Assembly: GCA_944381135.1 (NCBI GenBank)
Contig: CALWJY010000015.1
Span: forward strand, 291,453-355,452
DNA length: 64,000 bases
Reading direction: 5' to 3'
DNA from: an uncultured Clostridia bacterium
GTDB lineage: Bacteria; Bacillota; Clostridia; Christensenellales; UBA1242
Part shown: positions 50,901-59,900 of the stretch, piece after piece
Layout of the letters: every line of letters starts with the position of its first letter
Numbering within the stretch: the stretch's first letter is position 1
Translations under genes and position numbers: made by a program
The notes under the pieces: model-generated
The model's database searches: none
The model's input: only the letters and a program-made list of their open reading frames with translations
What the model was told of the DNA's origin: nothing

Positions 50901-53900
50901 TGCCAGCAGATGTGAACACTGCTGAAGAAGACTTTGTGATTTCACCTTGTGTTATGCCTGTTGTGGCATCTGAATTGTTTGGCTCCAATGCCCAGCCAAT
51001 GAATGTGTAACCTTGCCTTGTCAAACTTGCAGTGAAAGTTCCATCTTGGTCAAAAGTTGCTTGATACACATTTCCGCCAAGTGAGGTCAACCCAGAAAGT
51101 CCTGTCACATTGGAGAGTGTTCCGCTGTTTCCGCTGAGTGTGATGCGGTAGGTGTATGGCGTCCAATGTGCTGTCCAAGTTCCTTCATCTGCATTTGTCC
51201 AATTTGCAAGGAGGTTGCCTTGTGCGTCTGTCACTTGCGTCTCACCATTCCACCAGCCAAGAAATCTATATCCTCCGCGCGTTGCCAAAGGAAGAATTGG
51301 TGTGGTGTCCAAAGCATTGTTTGACGCAAAGATGTTTGTGCTGTCAAATTCAATGTAAACTGTGTTGTTGACAAGCGTTGATGGAGCGATTGTCACATCA
51401 GTTGAGCCTGTGCCCCTGTTTCCGTCCAAAGTGACTGCAATTCTTTGAGCAGAATAGATTGCCTCAAATCTGACGTCACCAACACTGCCAGATGGAATTG
51501 TTGTTGCAAGTCCGCTTGCAGTCACAGTGAAGTTTCCTCTTTCAGCAGTGGACAAACCATTTTCAAAAAGAATGAATGCCACTTGGTCTTGTGTTGGAGC
51601 GTATTCAAGCGTGGAAACCGTTTGAATGAAAGTTCCGTCTGCGGAAAAGATTTTCCAAACGCCATTTGCGCTGAGAGTGTATGTGATGCCTTGACGCAAG
51701 GAAATTTCATTTGTGTAAACTGAAGACGAGTGGCTTGCGTCCAAAACAAAATTGCCTTCAGCATCAATGGTGCCTGTGTGCCATGTGTCAAACACATAGT
51801 TCAAAGTCCAACCAGCAAATGTATAACCAGTTTTTTCAACATCATCAATTGTTGGAAGTGTGATTGGATTTGATGTGAGTTGATATGAAATTTCCGTTGG
51901 TTGATGAACCCAAGTTCCGTCGTTCAAATCATAGGAAATGTCAAATGTTTTTTGTGTCCAAGTTGGAGTCAATGTGACAGTTCCATACATGTTTCGAAGT
52001 TGTTGTCCTTGTGTGAAAGTTGTGGAAGTCCAATTTCCAACCGCCTGTGAAACTTGCCACCCGGAAAGTGTGTAGCCAATTCTCATAACATCATCACTTT
52101 CAAGAAGTGTGATGAGGGTGTAATAATTGTATGAAACAACCTCTGGTGCACCATTAACCAATGCACCGCTTGTCATGTTATATTCAATTTCAAAAGTGCG
52201 ATAACGATAGTAAAGTTCAATAATAAGTCCACCATTGCCTTGAACAGTGAAAGATGTGACATCGTCATATTCGTCTTTTGATTGATTTTGTGCTGTATAG
52301 AATTTTACGCCGTCAAATTCAAAAGCGTTCAAATAGCCATATTGTGCTGGGCTTTCTGTGATGAGGTCTTGAATTTCTTGTTGTGCAAATGAAAGTTGAA
52401 CGACAGAATCTGTCAACGCTTGATATGTCCCTGTGAGCGTGTTGACCGGGCCAAAAGTTCCGTCCTCGCCTTGAACTCTGTATTGAATTGTGTAGCCAAC
52501 CATATTTGCAGTTGCACTTGAAGAAACATAATAGATTGAGCCAGCATCCAAAACTCCACCATCAGCCACACCAAACAATGAACCGTTGAAAGTGAATGTG
52601 TAGGTTGCCGTTCTGTTTTCATTTGATGTGCTTCCAACAGGTGTTGTTGGATTGCTTGCTGTTCCTGCCGTCCATTGAGAAATGGTGTAGCCCACCCTTG
52701 CTGTTGCAATGACGGTGATTGTGCTGCCATATTCCACTTGAACTGTGCCATTTGTCAGTTTTTCGCCGTCTTGTCCATCAACGCCTGTGCCGGAAATACT
52801 GATTCTGTCAATTCCTGTGCCAAGAGAATAGTTGACGGCATATGTTGCCGCTGTCCAATGAGCATAAAGTGTCACTTGCGCATTTTGACCATCGGTGTCC
52901 GGACGAGTGGTGTTTTTCCAAATCATGTTTGAGCCTGTGCCACTTGCCAGCCAACCATTGACTGCAATTGAAACAGGAGAGCCATCTGCATTGAAAATCT
53001 TTTCACCGTCCGCTCCACTTGTTGTGAAGAAGCCTTCCAAAATGTATCCCGTCTTCCATGCAACTGCGCTTGTTCCGCTTGGAGCGTCATCAGGAAGTTG
53101 GATGTTTGAAACATTTTGGTCAAAGGTGACTGTGTGAGATGTTGCGCCATCACCGCCGTCCAAATTGAAAGTTAAGTCGGTTGTGATTGGTGTCCATTGT
53201 GCCGTCAGTGTGACGTTTCCAAACAAACCATTTGAAGAAGTGAATGCTGTTGATGGAGCAAAATCTCCATTCACCCAAGTTGTGGCAATTCTGTCGCCAG
53301 AATTTGTTGCTTCAGATGTCCATCTGAGTGTATAGCCAGGAAGTGAAATTTGGCTGTAGCCATAAAGGACAATGTTGTCATCTTCAGTTGTGTATTCCAC
53401 TGTTGTTTCGACATTTGATGCAAATTGTCCACCATTTGCAACATATGTGATTTCATATGTTGTTGCTTCCCAATGAGCAAAAAGTTCGTCTCCGCCAGCA
53501 TAAACCCAAATTCCGTTTTCAGCAATCACCACATCGCCTTCTGTTGCGCTTGAAACAAGAAGACCCTCTCTGTCAATGACCTGAACTCCACCCTCTGAAG
53601 AGGTGAAATATCCCATAAATGTGTAGCCATCTCTGGAAGTTGTGACATTTGGAATTTGAATGTTTGTCGAATCGAAGAAATTGTTGCTGTCAAATTCGAC
53701 TTGAATTTGTGTTGTTGCATCCGAGCCATAGTTGTTGTGCAAAGTGATGTCATATCTGTTTGGCGTCCAATGTGCAAAAATTGAAGTGTTCACTGCTGTG
53801 AAAGTCAAAATTCCGTCGCTTTCAAGAAGAATGTTGCCATTTCTGTCAATGATTTGTCTTCCCTGTCCGTTTGTTTGAGTGAAATATCCTTGGAAGGCAT

Positions 53901-56900
53901 ATCCCGTTCTGACAGGTGTTTGGACCTGCGTGAGTTCTTCATCATCGGAAGTGTTCATGAAGAAACCAACATTATATCTCAAATAAATCATCGTGTCGCC
54001 TGGTGTTGTGGCGTCAGTTTGGCTGAGTGTGATTTGCAAATCTTGTGACTGCCATCTGACATAAAGCGTCAAGTTGTCTGCATAGTTCCAAACACCATTT
54101 TGAAGATAAGTGCTGACCTGTTGGATGTTTCCGTTTGCGTCAATGACAAGAGTTCCGTCTGCATCTTCCCAACCTGCAGCAGTATATCCCGCTCTTGTTG
54201 GGTTTGTGATTTGTCCAACAAAACTTGATGTCTGTCCAAAATATGCTGTCAAACTTTCAGTACCTGCCACATCAGCATCAGATTGCTCCAATGTGATTGT
54301 GTATGGCAAACTTTCCCATCTTGCAACAAGTGTGATGACTCCTGCGCCGGAAAGTGTCCAATTTTCGTTCAAATTTCCGCTTGCGTCAATGATTTGTTGG
54401 TTGTTTTGTTCATAATACCAACCCAAGAATCTATATCCTGTTGCATTTGCAATTGGTTGAATGACATCTCCAACAGGCTGATATGGGAAGTTTGTTCCGC
54501 TTCTTTCAGCATAGATGTTTTGAGTGCCATATTCAACATATATATAATAGTTGCCATTGTCCTCTGTCACATTTGTGGAAACTGAGGCATTGACATGTGT
54601 TCCAAAATCAAGTGCAACTTGCACAATGTTTGGCTCCCAATGCGCTGTCAAGGTGACATTTCCATGCATTCCAAGAAGAGAGTGTCCAACAGAATAGTCG
54701 GTGCCAGATGTCCAATTTCCACCAGCAGTTGTCACCGTCCAACCAACAAGAGTGTGTCCTAATTTTGTTGCATTTGGAAGAGTGAGCGTGGAAGAGGTTA
54801 TGTCATAAGTCAGTGGGTTTGAAACTGTGCCCTCAAAAGCACCTCCATCCAAAACAAATGTAACTTGATATGGAACTTTCTGCCAAACAGCATAGAAAAC
54901 CTGTGCGTTGAAACTGTCATAAATTGTTTCCGGAGTGATGATTTCAATTCTATTTGCAGAAGTGCCAAAATCAAGATATGTTGCCCCATTTTCTTCCACA
55001 ACAGTGTATGAAATGCCAGATTCAATGACAATTCCCGAAGAAGAATATGCCCAACCCAAGAATGTATATCCCGTGAATGTGACATCTGTTTGGTTGACAA
55101 CCATTTCTCCATCCACCATGTTCACACCAGGAAGTGCGCCAATTGCTTGGCCAAATGTCACTTCATTTGTGGCAAAAGAAATGTTGTCTTCAGTGCTTGT
55201 TTGAATTGACCAGCCATTGCCGTTCACAAATTCTGCACCACTTTGCCCAAGTGAAAGAGTGACACCAATGCGGTCTGGCGTATAGTGTGCATGAAGTGTG
55301 ACATCGCCGTCATAAATCCAAGCGCCGTTTGAGATGTATCCCGAAACATTTTCAAGGAACATTCCGTTTGCACTTGTGATTTGCACTCCACCATTTTCTT
55401 GTGTGAACCAACCATCAAAAGTGTAGCCCTGTCTGATTGCAAGAGGGTATGGGTCCCCTTGCGCACCTGTGATTGCACTTGAAGAGTCAATCACCCCATT
55501 TGTGCGGGTTTTATAGAAATATTCATCATCAAATTGGGCATAAATTGGTGTGACAATGTTGACATGAGGGTTTTCGCCTGCAATCACCTCATCACCTGCA
55601 TCCAAATCAACTTGATAGTTCTTAGGCGACCAAACGGCATTCAAAGTTGTGGAATTTTCGGAATATGTCCACCCGTTTTCGTCAGCAATCACGCCAGTTG
55701 AATTGATGAGAATTTGAGTCACAGCATTGTCTGTTGTTTCCCATCCGCCAAAGTTATATCCCGTTCTCTGTGCGGTTATGTTTGTGATTTGATTTGTTCC
55801 TGACCTTCCGTCTTGAGACAAACCAAGATACATCTCATCCGTGCCAAATCTGACATAAATTGTGCCATTAAAGGCTTCATTTTCAGAGCCATCCACAAGA
55901 AAAGTTGGAGTTGTCGAACCATCACCTTGGTTTAAATCTAACTGAACTTCAACCATCTTTCCTTCCCAATGTGCATAAAGGGTTGTTGGGGATGTTGTGA
56001 ATGTCAAAAATCCAGAATTGATTGTGCCATTCTCGTCAATCACTTGTCGGTTATCTTCTGTATAGTAGCCCAAGAAGTTATATCCCGTTCTTGTTGGCAC
56101 AAAACCATATTGTGTAATTGATGTGAGCGGCGTGCTGACTTGTCCACCCTCATAGTGAAGGAAGAAGCCGGTGTTGTATTGCAAGAAGATTTCTCCAATG
56201 TTGTTTGGTGAATTATATCCCGCATCCAAACTGATTGTATAAACAGAAGGTGTCCAATGTGCATAGATTGTTGCAGAAACAAAGGAATTGTTTGAACCCC
56301 AAACAAAATTTGCATTGGTTGTGTGGAAGAGGTCGTTTTCATCAACTTGAGTTCCGCCTGTTTCAGCAGTAAACCAACCAACAAAATCATAGCCCGTGCG
56401 TGAAATTGTTGCTGAAGTTGGAAGTGTGCCAAGGGCGGTGTTGTAGGTCAAAGTTTTTGTTGCAGTGTCTCCAGAACCTGTCCAACTTGAGTTTGCCGCA
56501 ATTGTGCCCTCATTGGCATCCAAAGTCAAAGCATATTCATTTGGTGTCCAAAGAGCATACAAAGTGGCGTCACCCGTGAAGAAAGTAAGGAAACCTGAAT
56601 TTATCAATCCGTCCTCGTCAATAATTTGAGTCCCAACGCCAGTTTTGGTGTTGTAATAGCCACCAAATGTATACCCTGTCATGGTTGGAATTGCGATTTG
56701 TGTTGCAGTTGATGCGGATCCGCTTGTCAATGTCCAGCGTGTTTCATATTGCAAATAAATTCTGTTTGTCCCGACAGTGTCCGCAGAAACGCCTGTTGAG
56801 GCTGTTTGACTTGCATATCTTGCGCTGTCCAAAGTGATTTCATATTCTTGAGGTGTCCAGCGTGCGTAGATTGTTGCAGAAACAAAAGAACCACTGCTCC

Positions 56901-59900
56901 ACACAAAGTCGGTGTTATCTTCATTGAAAACAGTTGTGGAAGAAACTTGAACTGTTCCGCCCGGTGCATCGGTAAACCATCCGGCAAAATCATAGCCCGT
57001 GCGCGAAATTGTTGCTGAAGTTGGAAGCGTGCCAAGTTGAGCATTGTATGCCAAATTTTTGGTTGCTGTTGCGCCCGAACCTGTCCAGCCCGAGTTTGCA
57101 GCAATTGTTCCGCCACTTCCATCTAATGTCAATGTGTAAGAATTTGCAGTCCAATGTGCATAGAGTGTGTCATTTGAAGTTGTGTATGTCAAAAGCCCAG
57201 AATTGATTGTGCCATTTGCAGCAACAATTTGAGTTCCCGTGCCTGCCTTTCCGGTGTAATATCCTTGGAAAGTGTAGCCCGTCATGGTTGGACTTGTGAT
57301 TCGTGTTGCACTGGTTGTGGAACCACTTGACAAAGCCCAACGCGTGTTATATTGCAAATATAGCGTTGGTGTGCCCGAAGATGTTGCAGGCGTTCCTGTT
57401 GACGCGTCTGCAGATGCATATCGACTGTTGTCCAAAGTGATTGTGTATTCCACCGGAGTCCAATAGGCATACAAAGTTGTGTTGCTTGTGACAAATGTGT
57501 TGCTTCCAACAATTTCTCCATTTGCATTTATGATTTGGTTGCCAGAAGCTTGCTCTCCAACACCAACCTTTGTTTCATAATATCCGCCAAATGCATAACC
57601 CGCTTTGGTTGGAACTTCAATTCTTGTGATGTCGGCAGTTGCGCCTGCATTGCTGAAGAACCCAACGCCATATTGTAAATATATCACTGACGTGCCTGCG
57701 TCATCCGCATTCGTTCCTGTTGCATCAGAAGAACTTGAATAGAGTTTGCTGTCCAAATTGATGGTAAGCGTATCTGCAGTCCATTGTGCATAGAGTGTCA
57801 CCGTTGCACCTTGTGTGCTTGCCAAATTTTGCACACTTTGCCCTGCAGTGTAAGATTGTCCAGTTCCATCTTGTTCTGTGTTCCAACCTGCAAAGTTATA
57901 TCCCGGATTGGTGAAACCATTTGTTCTCAAAGCTTGTGCAACATCATAGGTGAAAGTTTGACTTGCTGTTGTTCCAGAACCACCATTTGGATGAAATACC
58001 ACATTATATGTGATTGGTGTCCAATCAGAATAGAGTGTGTGGTCGCTTGCTGTTGAAACTGTTGAAGTTGCCTGAATTCTTGTGTCGAATGTTGGCTCCA
58101 AAAACCAACCTTCAAAGGTGTAGCCCGTGCGTGTTGGAGTTGGCAAATTTGCGTAATCTCCATCATATGTGACAGACAAGTTTCCAATGGCATAATCTGC
58201 CTTAATGTCACTCACTTTCTGAATTGAAAGATTTTTATAAGATAAGACATCTCCAACTTGCCAATTATTTGTATAGAACACAAAAGACCTATAGTTGTTT
58301 TCATTTGTTGTTGCCGTGTATGTGTGCGTCACTGTTTGCCAATCTGTTGTCACATTAACCGTTCTTGTGCCGCCCATCTCATGCCCAAAATATCCGATTT
58401 GAATGTTCCTTGATGCCTTAACATCAATGGACCAAGTGTATGTCTCACCAATTTCCAATTCTATGGTTGTTCCAGCATGTGGACCATTGTTGGAAGCAGT
58501 CGTCACTTCCCATTCATAAATCAAAACATTGTCTTCAATGTAAGTCGTATAAGTTCCAGTTGAACCTGATTGATTTCGTGCATATGGATAAACCGCATAG
58601 TTTGTTGAGTCAAAATTGACAACATAGGTGTTTGCTGACCAATGTGCAAAAAGTGTAAAATCTGTTGCTCTATATTTCAGATATCCAGAATTGATTGTTC
58701 CGTTTGCGCTGACAACTTGGTCTCCACCACTTGCCTCAGTGTAATATCCTTGGAAGGTGTAGCCCTCTCTATATGGAACATCCACAGATGTGATTGCTTG
58801 TGTTGCACTTGAATCGGCATACCAGCCTGTGTTATATTTCAAATAAATTTGATGTGGTGTAATTCTGAAATTGCCAACCGAAAAATTGAGAGTGATGTTG
58901 TCTGTCACATAGCCACCATTCAAAATCAAATAGACAACATCATAGTTTCCCGAATTGAAACTTATTGTTGCAGTTCCAGAACTTGCCGTACCGGTGTGAG
59001 ATGTTTCATCATATGGAAAATATCCAATCGCCAAGTCATTATTTTGATTGTTGCTTGCTGCCGGAGTGGTGAAAAGCACTTGATATGCAAAACCTTGATA
59101 ACTTCCCGCAGACGAAAGTGCGTAGTCATCTGGGAAATTATAATCAAAACTTATTGTATAGTTGGTGTTTCTTTCAACATAAATTGGCACACCAATAACT
59201 TCCCAGCCGCCACTTGTTGCCAAAGCCACAGTGCTTGTGTTTGTGGAAGAATCATATGTAGCCTCAAACCTGTCTCCATATTGATATCCAGTCCAATTTG
59301 AAAGGTCACTGTCTATTCCCGGCGTTCCAGAATTTCCATCCATTGTCACTGTGTAGATGTTGGCTGACCACTGCGCCGTCAAAATCACAGTTGCGCTTGC
59401 GCTGTTCCCATACATCCCTTCAACCGTTTTTCCGGCTTGATATGTTGTGCCAGATGTCCAATTTCCTCCCGCTGTCGTCACGCGCCAACCTGTGAAATTA
59501 TATCCCGTGCGCGTTGGTGTTGGAAGTGCCGTTATAACATTGTTGACCCCCGAAATTGACGAATCCGCCTCAATGTTATAATATCTGACTGCATTGCCTG
59601 TTCCGCCATACACAGTTCCACCATTTGGATTGAAAGTGAGGCTGTATGTGACAGGGTTCCAATGAGCATAAATTGAACTGTTGCCTGCAGTTGTGTAGGT
59701 TGTGCCTGTGTTGACTTGCGTTCCGCCAGTCGCTAATGTGAACCATCCAGTAAACTCATATCCTTGGCGAATTACACTTGGAAGTGTTCCATAGGTTGAA
59801 TTGTAGGTGACTGTCTTTGTTGCAGAATTACCTGTTCCTGTCCAACCCGATGTGCTGGTGATTGAACCACTGTTTCCATATGCCGTAAGTGTGTATCGAT

